Source: Leucoraja erinacea (lineage: Eukaryota). From it: 64,000 nt of DNA. The translations under genes were made by a program, and so were the position numbers. The stretch covers positions 21,514,001-21,578,000 of the forward strand of contig NC_073393.1 in assembly GCF_028641065.1 (NCBI RefSeq). Direction: 5' to 3'. Below are positions 12,842 through 24,745 of this stretch, piece after piece; position 1 is the stretch's first letter; each line of letters begins with the position of its first letter. The notes below the pieces were generated by a model. That model saw only the letters and a list, made by a program, of their open reading frames with translations, ran no database searches and was not told where the DNA came from.

Positions 12842-13735
12842 GTGTGGCACTTATTTAGTTCATCTTTTAATTATTACAACATTTTAATTTGTACTATTTT
12901 GTGTTAATGTAATAATACATGTAGGTAATATTTTCCCAATTCTTTTCCCGCCCTCCTCACTTTGAGGCCAATTTTCATTCTCATTTCTGTTTTGAATATA
13001 ATTTACAGAAGAGAGTTTTGGATGCAATTCTTCTAAATCTTCTGTTTAATAATTCTCCATAAGAGACCCCTTCCTTCAGTGATAATCATTGCAGTGGGAT
13101 GGTACGGATCAAAAAATAGGATGGAAGTTGTAAGAAAATATAACACCACCTACAATATGAAATGTTGTTTTCTTACACTGACTGTGGTCTCCCAACTCCT
13201 CTAATTTGCTACCCTTTCTTGTCCTTTTGCATAGAATGATGCAAATGTGCAAGATCGAAGGCTTCTTGCCTTTCCCTAACAAATCCAACTGTCGATTCTG
13301 AACGTTTGAGCCATGGATGCAAGTTGGGAGATTATTGAACTAAACCTGAACCGCTCTATCCTTTGTGTAATGTGCATCTTGGCTCATTTTTCTATATAGG
13401 ATGCTCGATAGCAATCATGTTTGAGGGCTAAGGCTAATTTTTCTTACTTTGCAAAATGGCACTTGCATGAAGTGCAGTTGGTCTAACTTTGTCCCAGCTG
13501 AGGCAGATCACACCATTAACATATAGGTTGAGTTACGCGGGGGTAGCCAATTACATAATATATAACATGAACCTCATTGGTTCAAGATGGCAGCTTTTTA
13601 TCTGCTTCTCGACCTTGGCAGCGATACCTACATCCAAAAAGAATCTGAAATATTTCTCTTATATTTTAGTTATTGAAAACAAATGTAATTACATTGTAAA
13701 ATAATGTAACTTGCATGTTATATTTTATATTGTAG

Positions 13736-14130
13736 GAAAAAGTCAGGCGACAAATATTTGTGGAAGATGATGTTCCACAGGAAGAAATTAGAGTAAATAT
13801 CAACGCATCTCAGTTTGGTAACATTAAAGCTGATCAAATAAATGTTAACATCAAAGCTAGGAATCTGGATAGTCAAAAGCACGATATGAGCAATGACACA
13901 GCTCACGATAAAGGGTCTCAAGACATCTCTAATGCTTACAATAGAATTGGGTTTCCGGAAAATAATCAACAGCATGGCCCAAAATCTTTGCCTGTAATAC
14001 GTAGAAAGGCTACTAATCAAACAATGAGTGTACCAGGGCCTGTAGTGCCAAGAACAGATACATCAAAGGAAAAGCAAGAATCCAAGGACAAGCAAGATTT
14101 TGAACAGAGACCTGTCACTGATTGTGATGA
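13736..14130 (+). CDS. TERB1: TERB1 exon (linker)
   Basis: tattgtag|GAA AAA GTC AGG CGA CAA ATA TTT...GA|gtaagt. Phase 0 to 2 matches the next exon. Confidence 0.8.
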
Positions 14131-14790
14131 GTAAGTAAAAAAAATAAGGTCATTTAAAAGATGTAAAGAAAACTTGCAAAGCTGTAAAATAGAAATGGAA
14201 AGAAAGACATGAGACAAACCTGTCAACACCTGAAAGGGAAAATGTATTAGGCTCAAAAAGTTGATCTTTAATACTAGTGAGTTAAAAGTACAACAATAAA
14301 TAGATTAAAAGATACGAAGTGATGGAGTAACTCAGTGAGTCTGGAAGCATCCCTGGAGAACAAAGATTGGCGACGTTTCAGGTCCCAAATCGATAATAAT
14401 ATTACATCTAATTATTGTGGAAACTTTTTTTCAAACCAGTATCTGCAGTTCTGTGTTTCTACAATAATTAGATATAATTAGTTCACCTTACTATTGATTG
14501 TGAAGCCTTTTCAAAATGGCCATTTCACTTTTTCGATATTCCCTCTAATGTGCATTCCTGGGATGGCCTGAGGACACTAAAGGAGCTTTATAGACATTGG
14601 AGGATTGAGATGTAGAAATTTGTCCTCCATTGACTTGAGTTGCACCAGATTTCAGAAGTAGAGTTCAACTCATGCACATTTTGTACTCGATACATCATAA
14701 CCCGATCAAAGGTTGTGATGCATCAAAGATTATCTATTCTTGCATAGATGTCTTGCACATGGCATCTGGTTGCTGATATTTTATGAATAT

Positions 14791-17228
14791 TGTGATGTTT
14801 GGTGGACTGTGTGGGGTGGGAGGACCCGTTGCTCCTCCCGTGCAGCAGGTGGTGCTGCACAGGACAAAGGGAGATGTCTTGTATATGGTTTATCCTGTCG
14901 GCAGACAGTATGCGGGCAGCCATTGTGACTAGTGACTATTGAGTGAAACATTAAAGACTTCTGTTGTAAACTAAAGACTCTCAAGTTTTGTGCAGACCTA
15001 GAAAACAAACACGAAAGTGGTGTCAGGAGTGGGATTCAAACCCATGCCTCCAAAGACCCAGATAAGAGCATATTTAAAAAAAAAAATTTAATCGGAACTC
15101 AATCTAACATGTCTCGGCAATTCGATCGTTTCGATCCCGAGCAAGAAAGGTCGTCGTATTTAATGTGCGCTGAGTTTTATTTTGAAAGAATGGCAATTAC
15201 GACTGACTAGAGGAAGAAGGCTATCTTGTGTTCATCAATGTCTCCAGAAACTTTTGCACTGCTTCAAAATATACTTACAGAAGTAACTGAAGCTTCATAT
15301 GCTGAAATCACAATGGCTTTGCAGCTGCATTCCGAATAAAGTCGACATTTCCTCGCAGCGAGCTTTGATTTCTACCGGACGGTGCAACAGGAATGGCAAT
15401 TGATTACCAAATTTCTTGCCGAACTTCGCACCAAGGCAAAGGCATGTAATTTTAAAACTCAATGCTGCAAAAAGTGCCAAGACAAGCGTTGCGTTATAGA
15501 CTGGTCATGGGCTGCAGGCACGCATTCATCCAGCAAGCGATTCTCAAGGAATCAGAAGCCTAATTGAAGAATGTGCTGCAGTGTGCTAAGATGGCCGAGC
15601 TGCTGAGTAAAGAACTGCACAAAATGGCCGGCTAAACAGCGTCAAAGTTCCCTCAGGAAGTGCATACAGTTTGTCAGACTTGTTCACAACGTCTGAAACC
15701 ACTTGATCGACCCAGAGCAAATACGAGAAAGTGGGACAGTTTCAGAAGAGCCGTCCCTCTGTAGAGGGAGGATCAAAACCCTGCTACCGGTGGGCTCGAC
15801 TGGTCATCATCACCGTGAGTGCCCGTATATCAAGTCTGTTTATTATGCCTGTTACCGAAAAGGTCATCTCCAGGCAATGTGTCAATCCGTAGGAAAGCTG
15901 CAAAAGGGCAAGAAAGCACAAATCAGAGTCGACCAAATTGCGGATACGATTTCTATTGAAGTTCTTGGTGTGTCCACAATCACCGACAAGCCGAGAATTT
16001 CGCTGCGGGTCACGAACGTTGATCTACAGTTCTAGGTGGACACTGGTGCGGCTGTGTCACTAGTGGGTTAGGACATCGGGGAGAGGATCAGATCGCCGAA
16101 ACTGAAACCGGCCAACATCCTCCTTTTCGGATACAGACGACAACCAAGGCAAATGCACTGTCGCCGTTTCCTGTAATGGGATGACACAGATGTTGCCGCT
16201 GATCGTCGTTGGTAAAGAAGGTACATCCCTGTGCGCCATCGATTGGATCCATGCTTTCAAGCTTGACATGAACGCCTTGATCTACGATGGATCAACTATG
16301 GCATTGTCATCTACCCCAAATTGTAACATGATCAGCAAATGCTAGAACAACCTGCAGAAGGTTCTTGACCAGGTTCCGGCTGTTTTCGCACCTGGGCTCG
16401 GACATTGCACAAAGATGAAGGCACGGCTCATACTCAAAAACGATGCTGTCCCAAAGTTCTTCAAACCAAGACCAGTTCCGTTCAGTCGGATGGACGCCGT
16501 CGACAAGGAACTCTGCCGTCTTGAAGAAATTGGAATTATCACCCATGTGAACCATTCAGACTGGGCCACACCCATAGTTGTCGTTCAGAAGCCTTGCGGC
16601 AAGGTACGTATTTGTGGCGACTACAAACTGTAAACCTTCAATTGCACATTGATCAAAACCCCATAACAAGAGTGGATGGTTCTGTTTGTCAAGCTGCAAG
16701 GAGGACTGAATTTCTTGAAATTGGACATGTCCGACGCATATCTCCAAATGGAACTGGACGACGAGACAATAAACCTGCTCGTGATCAACACGCACAAGGG
16801 ACTGTTCAGATACAACCGATTGTCATTTGGACCGGCACCGGCTCCGGCCATCTTCCAGAAACTAGTCGACAATCTGGTTGCCGGGATTCTGTACGTAGCT
16901 GCCTACCTGGATGACATCTTTGTCACCGGCCGGACACAGGAAGTACACCTGCAGAACCTAAAACAGATCATCACGTCACTGAACAACTACAGCATGAAGT
17001 TACGCATGGACAAGTGCGCATTTTTCCAACAACATGTCACATATCTCGGACATGTGATCTCGGCAAGTGGTCTGAAGCAATCGGATGAAAGAGTGGACGC
17101 CATTGTGAAATTGCCGGTGCCCGAAAATGTGAAGCAGCTTGAAAGCTTCATGGGCAAGGTTAACTACTATGGCAAGTTCATACCAGCACTTTCGACTTTG
17201 TGCGCACCATTGACCAACCTGCGAAATG
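14791..17228 (+). mobile_element. Gypsy LTR retrotransposon 5' part: LTR, tRNA-Leu PBS, gag, protease, RT; 3'-truncated
   Basis: TGTGATG-starting LTR-like segment, PBS at 15018, gag from about 15109 with two zinc-knuckle remnants, VDTGAAVS protease, WATPIVVV..VRICGDYK and YLDD. LTR boundaries are approximate. Confidence 0.9.
15018..15052 (+). other. Primer-binding site complementary to tRNA-Leu(CAG) 3' end
   Basis: TGGTGTCAGGAGTGGGATTCAAACCCATGCCTCCA, including TGG (the complement of CCA), sits between the LTR and gag. Confidence 0.85.
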
Positions 17229-18589
17229 CTGGTTATGGCCGCTGGAAGTTTTGGGGGAAAAAATTGCGACCATCTGCGCCTGCGCATTTGGGGGAAGCCA
17301 GTGACGCAGTAGCGACGCAAAATGACGCTCTCTCTCCGCTCGTGCGCAATGGGCCCAGGCGGGTTCAGATCTCCATTTGCACTCCACACAATCACTTCGA
17401 TGCCTCGTGTCTACTCCAGTTATGCAGTGGAATATTGTGTTGCGGGAGTGCCCGTTTCTCCGGGCCGGGCGGGGGGGGGGGGGGCTGCGGTGTCTGCGGC
17501 GCGGGGTTGGAGCTTCGCGGCGTGGGAGGGAGTGAGGGGGGGGTTGTGAAAGGGGGAGAGAGAGGGGAAGGGCGGGAGGAGGGAGAGAGAGGTGGAGGGG
17601 GAAGGAGGAGGGGGAGAGGGAAAGGGGGATTATCTTTAGTGACATTGCAAAATTAAGGTAGGTTTTAGAGCAATTATAGTTTCTCCTCCACATGTATAAT
17701 ATCAAACAATTGGAACTGTTTTCTTTTCCTTGATAATAATACTGAAAAATATGAATTCCATAGTTTGCGACTTTCATTTTGCATCATATTTTTAATGTGC
17801 ACACACTAACACAGTCGAACAGTAACAGGCAATCAAATCAACACACAAAACATTTTCTAAAAAAAGGTTTTATTTACTGCAAAAACTTACAGTATTTTAT
17901 TTGCAGTGTTTGCATGCTCCTTTATAACATTTTACAGTACAACTTGATTATTAAAACAAGGACAGCTTCAATTTTTGATTTTTTATAAATGTATACAACA
18001 AAGACCCCAATCATCCCATTCCAACCACTCATTACTCTTGACTCAACCAAAATTATTTCTGAAATATTGGTCATAAATTTGGTGTAAAAATGCTCCAAAA
18101 TAAGGCTCAGAATGCACCAGAGAGCATCTAAAACCCCAGAGCTTCCAGGGCCCTTAAGCGGCCGCAAGGGTCTTTCAACTTTGCGCTTGTGATATGCGCT
18201 GTGTGGACTTATTTCACATAAAATTTTTGTAATCCTGTCATGCCACCCCCTTTTTTGAAATGCTTCGTACGGGACTGGTTTATAATATTTTTGACTGTCA
18301 TAGGCCTTTCTTACATATGCTGTCACAACGCACTGTAGTCTCTAAACAACACTTCAGTAATTTTCCTTGCCCTCCATTTTAGAATAATAGTGTTTTAAGC
18401 TGATAACTCGACACTAGCACTGGCAATAAATAAAAAGCGCAGCTTTCCAGCCCTTATCTCATTGGCCACGCTCGGCTGCACATCGGTGTCAATCTGGTGG
18501 ACTTCCATCTTCCTCTCGTCGTGGAGGTGGGGGATTGGGAGGGGCCTCACAAGTGGAATAGCCTAGAGCCTCTCTTCATCTAACTCCGA

Positions 18590-18997
18590 CCCTGGTCATA
18601 TGCTGAGAGAATGGTGTGGCTGGGCTTGTATACTCTGGAATTTTGAAGGATGAGAGAGGATCTTATTGAAACATATAAGATTATTAAGGATGTGGACACG
18701 CTAGAGACAGGAAACATGTTCCCGATGTTGGGGGAGTCCAGAACCAGGGGGCCACAGATTAAGAATAAGGGGTAAACCATTTAGAACAGAGACGAGGAAA
18801 CACTTTTTTACACTCAGAGGGCGGTGGAGGCTGGTTCTCTGGATACTTTCAAGAAAGATAGGGCTCTTAAAGATAGCGGAGTCAGGGAATATGGGGAGAA
18901 GGCAGGAACGGGGTACTGATTGAAGATGATCAGCCATGATCACATTGAATGGCGGTGGTAGCTCGAAGGGCTGAATGGCCTATTCCTGCACCGATTG
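18590..18997 (+). mobile_element. CR1 LINE 3' fragment
   Basis: Same 3' ORF2/UTR sequence as the other CR1 copies (GCTCGAAGGGCTGAATGGCCTA). Confidence 0.85.
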
Positions 18998-19470
18998 CAT
19001 ACCTGCCATCTTGTTCAATTTTGTCATATTTGTTCTGATTTTTAAGTTTAAAAACGTGTGAAAAATGGGAAAAGTACGATTTTAAAATGAGGGGAAATAA
19101 AACGGCCAATCAACCGCTGTCTCTAAGTGGGTTGCGTCGAATCACCGACCAGCTTCCCTTAAAATTCCTATCCAATCAGCCGCTGTCTCCAAGGGCATTG
19201 CGACCAATCACCGACCAGCTTCCCTTACTGAAGCAGAAGATGGCTTAGCCAACACGTTTTCTCTGCTGTTTGCACACAGTGCTAGGCAAAGAGACATTTC
19301 AGGTAACATTCTTTGTAAAGATTTTTTTAGCTGTATGAAGTCATTTACTTCATGAAATATTTATCTTTTGGGGGTTATGCCGAGTTGAGAGAGGGAGTGA
19401 CTGAGAGAGATAGAGAGAGATGGAGTGGGAGGGAGAGGGGGAGAGAGAGAGAGAGGGGAGGGGCGAGAGG

Positions 19471-19503
<33 letters not shown>

Positions 19504-19760
19504 AGAATGAGATATAGAGAGATTCCAGCCTCTTAACGTTTCCCCAGGCCATGGGGAAACGTTGCTCCCAAATGACTTTCAATGATAAATTTCTGGATAA
19601 ATGCAAAAAAGCAGCTATGACATATAATATACAATAAACTGTATTACAAATATATAATAAACAAGTTATGCATTATTGTACTCTTAGATGGGTATGACTG
19701 CACTCCGTCAACCCTCGCACTCAAAGTAAGATTTTTCATTTTCAAATGTTGGCAGGTATG
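18998..19760. mobile_element. Non-autonomous DNA transposon with short TIRs
   Basis: CATACCTGCCA...TGGCAGGTATG ends with an internal GA-rich tract. No clean TSD seen. Confidence 0.5.
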
Positions 19761-19934
19761 CTGTTGTCTTAAGATAACCAGAAATTACGTATATGCAGAA
19801 CGTGTGCAGATAATTGATCATTGTTATCAAGCAGAATTTCTGTAATCTAGTGCTGATTTTTATGTAGATTTATGACAATTTCTTTAAATCCAAATTAACT
19901 TTTACAACGTTCATGATTGTTTTTCCTTCCACAG

Positions 19935-19987
19935 CCAGGAGCTATTCAAAATACCTGCATTGTGTAGAAGAAAACAGAAAAACATGG
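19935..19987 (+). CDS. TERB1: TERB1 small exon
   Basis: ttccttccacag|...G|gtaagg, phase 2 to 1. Encodes DQELFKIPALCRRKQKNM, compare recalled human DHVFKHP. Confidence 0.82.
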
Positions 19988-20442
19988 GTAAGGAGAACTT
20001 CTCATCCAAAACAGAATGATAGTAGCATGACAAAACCCTTAATCAAGAGTAGACAAAATTGCTGGAGAGACTCAGCGGGTGCGACAGCATTTATGGGGCG
20101 AAGGAAATAGGCAACGTTTCGGGCCGAAACCCTTAATCAGAACAGATAAGTCAATATTTTAAGTGATAATTACAAACATTAAGAGTAGATCATAACATCC
20201 ATCATAGCATGTTATACAACTATCGATATATTCCTAAAACTCTCATCTTGTTTGTTTCTACGTCTGTGGGCTGTGCTCCCGAGACTACGCCAAAACTACT
20301 CAACAGCACTACAATATTTGGCCCTCCTTACTCGCTATTGTCCTGGTGTGTGGTGTGTAAAGGTCTGTTCAGATTGATGGCATATTTTACAAGTTATTTA
20401 CATTTTAAACTTTACAAAACCCCACTTTGAGAAAAATGTGTT

Positions 20443-20670
20443 CAATGGTGAGTCTCTGGAACTCTGCCGCAGAGGGTAGTCGAGGCCAGTTCATTGGCTA
20501 TATTTAAGAGGGAGTTAGATGTGGCCCTTGTGGCTAAGGGGATCAGAGGGTAAGGAGAGAAGGCAGGTACGGGATACTGAGTTGGATGATCAGCCATGAT
20601 CATATTGAATGGCGGTGCAGGCTCGAAGGGCCGAATGGCCTACTCCTGCACCTAATTTCTATGTTTCTAT
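20443..20670 (+). mobile_element. CR1 3' fragment with (TTTCTATG)n tail, tail-to-tail with the next CR1
   Basis: CR1 3' UTR ending ...CCTACTCCTGCACCTAATTTCTATGTTTCTAT. Confidence 0.85.
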
Positions 20671-20673
20671 CTG

Positions 20674-23600
20674 CAATAGACAATAGGTGCAGGAGTAGGC
20701 CATTCGGCCCTTCGAGCCAGCACCGCCATTCAATGTGATCATGGCTGATCATCCCCAATCAGCACCCCGTTCCTGCCTTCTCCCCATATCCCCTGACTCC
20801 GCTATTTTTAAGAGCCCAATCTAACCATTGAAAGCATCCAGAGAACCTGCCTCCACCGCCCTCTGAGGCAGAGAATTCCACCGACTCACCATTCTCTGTG
20901 AAAAAAAGTGTCTCCTCGTCTCCGTTCTAAATGGCTTACTCCTTATTCTTAAACTGTGGCCCCTGGTTCTGGGCTCCCCCAACATCGGGAACATGTTTCC
21001 TGCCTCTAGTGTGTCCAAGCCATTAACAATCTTATATGTTTCAAAGAAATCCTCTCTCATCCTTCTACACTCCAGAGTGTACAAGCCCAGCTGCTCCATT
21101 CTCTCAGCATATGACAGTCCCGCCATCCCGGGAATTAACCTTGTAAACCTACGCTGCACTCCCTCAATAGCAAGAATGTCATTTATCAAATTAGGGGACC
21201 AAAACTGCACACAATACTCCAGGTGTGGTCTCACTGGGGCTCTGTACAACTGCAGAAGGACCTCTTTGCTCCTACATTCGATTCCTCTTGTTATGAAGGC
21301 CAACATGCCATTCGCTTTCTTCACTGCCTGCTGTATCTACATGCTTACTTTCATAGACTGATGTACAAGGATCCCCAGATCCCGTTGTACTTCCCCTTTT
21401 CCCAACTTATTTAGATAGTAATCTGCCTTCCTGTTTTTGCTACCAAAGTGGATAACCACACATTTATCCACATTAAACTTCATCTGCCATGCATCTACCC
21501 ACTCCCCCAACCTGTCCAAGTCACCCTGCATTCTCATAGCATCCTCCTCACAGTTCACACTGCCACCCAGCTTTGTGTCATCTGCAAATTTGCTAATGTT
21601 ACTTTGAATCCCTTCATCCAAATCATTGATGTATATTGTAAATAGCTGCGGTCCCAGCACCGAGCCTTGCGGTACCCCACTAGTCACTGCCTGCCATTCT
21701 GAAAGGGACCCGTTAATCCCTACTCTTTGTTTCCTGTCTGCCAACCACTTCTCTATCCATGTCAGCACTCTACCCCCAATACCATGTGCCCTACTTTGCC
21801 CACTAATCTCCTATGTGGGACCTTATCAAATGCTTTCTGAAAGTCCAGGTACACTACATCCACTGGCTCTCCCTTGTCCATTTTCCTAGTTACATCTTCA
21901 AAAAATCCCAGAAGATTAGTCAAGCATGATTTCCCCTTCGTAAATCCATGCTGACTCGGACCGATCCTGTTACTGCTATCCAAATGTGCCGCTATCTCAT
22001 CTTTTATAATTGACTCCAGCATCTTCCCCATCACCGATGTCAGGCTAACTGACCTATAATTCCCTGTTTTTTCTCTCCCGCATTTCTTAAAATGTGGGGT
22101 AACATTAGCTACCCTCCAATCCACAGGAACTGATCCTGAGTCTATAGAACATTGGAAAATTATCACCAATGCATCCACGATTTCTAGAGCCACTTCCTTA
22201 AGTACCCTGGGATGCAGACCATCAGGCCCTGGGGATTTATCAGTCTTCAGTCCCATCAGTCTATCCAACACCATTTCCTGCCTAATGATGATTTCCTTCC
22301 GTTCTTCTGTCACCCCAGATCCTCTGGCCACTACTATATCAGGAAGATTGTTTGTGTCCTCCTTAGTGAAGACAGATCCAAAGTAACTGTTCAACTTATC
22401 TTTTCCTTGTTCCCCATAATAAATTCACCTTTTTCGGTCCTCAAGGGTCCACTTTGGTCTCAACTATTTTTTTTCCTCTTCACATACCTAAAGATGCTTT
22501 TACTATCCTGCTTTACATTCTTGGCTAGCTTACCTTCATACATCATCTTTTCTCCCTTTATTGTCTTTTTGGTTATCTTCTGTTGTTCTTTGAACATTAC
22601 CCAATCCTCTTGCTTCCCACTCATCTTTGCTACGTTGTACTTCTTCGCTTTAATTTTTATACTGTCCCTGACGTCCCTTGTCAGCCATGGTCGTCCCTTT
22701 CTCCCCTTGGAATCTTTCTTCTAGGAATGAACTGATCCTGCACCTTCTGTATTATTCCTAGAAATACCTGCCATTTTTGTTCCACTGTCATCCCTGCTAG
22801 TGTATCTTTCCAGTCAACTTTGGCCAGCTCCTCCCTCATGGCCCCATAGTCCCCTTTATTCAACTGCAACACTGACACCTCTGATCTACTCTTCTCCCGC
22901 TCCAATTGTAGATTAATCCTGACCATGTTATGGTCACTGCCTCCTAATGGCTCATTAACCTCGATGTCCTTTATCAAATCCGGTTCATTACATAATACTA
23001 AATCCAGAATTGTCTTCTCCCTGGTAGGCTCCAATACAAGCTGTTCAAAGAATCCATCACAAAGGCACTCTACAAAGTCCCTTTCTTGGGGTCCAGTACC
23101 AACCTGATTTTCCCAGTCTACCTGCATATTGAAATCCTCCATAACAATCACAGCATTAATTTTACTACATGCCAATTTTAACTCCTGATTCAACTTGCAC
23201 TCTATGTCCAGGCTACTGTTTGGGGGCCTGTAGATTAGTCCCATTAGGGTATGTTTACCCTTACAATTCCTTAGTTCTGGCCATACTGACTCCACATCTC
23301 CTGTTTCAATGTCACCCCTTTGCAAGGAACTGAATTTCATTCCTCACCAACATGGCAACCCCACCCCCTCTGCCACATGTCAGTCTTTTCGATAGGAAGA
23401 ATACCCTTGAATATTCAGTTCCCAGCCCTGGCCCTCGCACCCATGTCTCAGTAATTCCCACACCATCTTTCTTGCCAGTTTCGAACTGAGCTTCAAGCTC
23501 GTCCACTTTATTCCTTATACTTTGCTAATTCATAGACACTACTTTGACCTCCATATTCACTTCCCCCCTCGCAATTAGCCCTGACCTTACTCTGTTGTCC

Positions 23601-24745
23601 ATTCTCAAGCTTTTCTTCCCATTAATTCGAGAATATTGTGTAATTTTTCCTGTAGCCACTTCCCCTTCAACTCCATCTTTATAATCCCAATTTGTCAATC
23701 CCTCCCCCCCACTATTTAGCTTAAACCCACACGTGTAGCCCTAGCAAACCTGCCTGCCAGAATATCGGCCCCTCTCCAGTTAAGGTGTAACCCGTCCCTT
23801 TTGTACATGTCACCCCTACCCCAGAAGAGATCCCAGTGGTATATAAATCTAAATCCTTGCTCCCTACACCAGCCCCTTAGCCACACATTCAGATCCCCTA
23901 TCTCCCTGTTCCTGTCCTCTCTAGTACTTGGTACTGGAAGCAATCCAGAGATAACCACCCTAGAAGTCCAGCATTTCAGTCTTCTTCCCAACTCTCTGAA
24001 GTCATGTTGGAGAACCTCGTTCCTCTTCTTCCCGATGTCGTTTGTGCCTACTTGCACAACTACTGCCGGCTGTTCACCTTCTCTCTTGAGGATGTTCAGA
24101 ATTCGGCTTGTGACATCCTGAACCCTGGCACCAGGAAGGCAGCAGACCATCCTCGCATCTCGTCTGCCGCCACAGAATCTCCTGTCCACTCCTCGGACAA
24201 TGGAGTCACCCACCACTAGGACTCTGCCCGACGTCGGTCTCGCCGGTCGAGTCCCATCTCCAGGATTGGAGCCACCGACGTGTCCGCCGCTCGGACTAGC
24301 AACCTTGTCTCCAGTTCTCAAGAGGGCGTACCTGTTTTCATTAGGCACCGCCACCTGAGTCTTTGACGATTTCGATTTCCACCCTTTCCGTCACATACCT
24401 TGGTTCTTCCCTGTAACCTCGGCGTGACTACCTCACTGTAGGTCCTGTCCAGGAAACTCGTTTTCCCGGATGGCCCTGAGGTCATCCAGCTGCTTCTCCA
24501 GTGCCCCAACACGGTCCTTTAGGAGCTGAAGCTGGACGCACTTGCCTCAGTTGTAGCAGCCAGAGGCTCCATCTGTGTCCCTGGGTTCCCACATTCTGCA
24601 AGCTTCACACTGTCTCATCTGCCCCGACATGTGTTCACCACGCTCCGTCCTCTCGAGCTTTATGAGGTTCCTCCTCTCCTCAGCCTCCTCGCCGAAGACT
24701 CTTGAGCAAAAGACTCACACTTTACTAACAAGCCAAAGACTCACA
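20674..24745 (-). mobile_element. Near full-length CR1 LINE (ORF1 esterase + ORF2 EN/RT), frameshifted
   Basis: ORF1 at 23716-24354 has SGNH motifs GDS, LPGA, GTND, DGLHL. ORF2 fragments span 20821-23506, including FADD. Confidence 0.93.

Noticed and set aside
15018-15052. tRNA-Leu gene on the - strand
   Set aside because: Only the 3' 35 nt are present, they include the post-transcriptional CCA, and they sit between an LTR and gag. It is a PBS.
17229-17777. Gly/Arg-rich extension of the Gypsy RT ORF and a 199-aa antisense ORF
   Set aside because: Read-through into an unrelated GC/G-rich repeat after the truncation point of the element.
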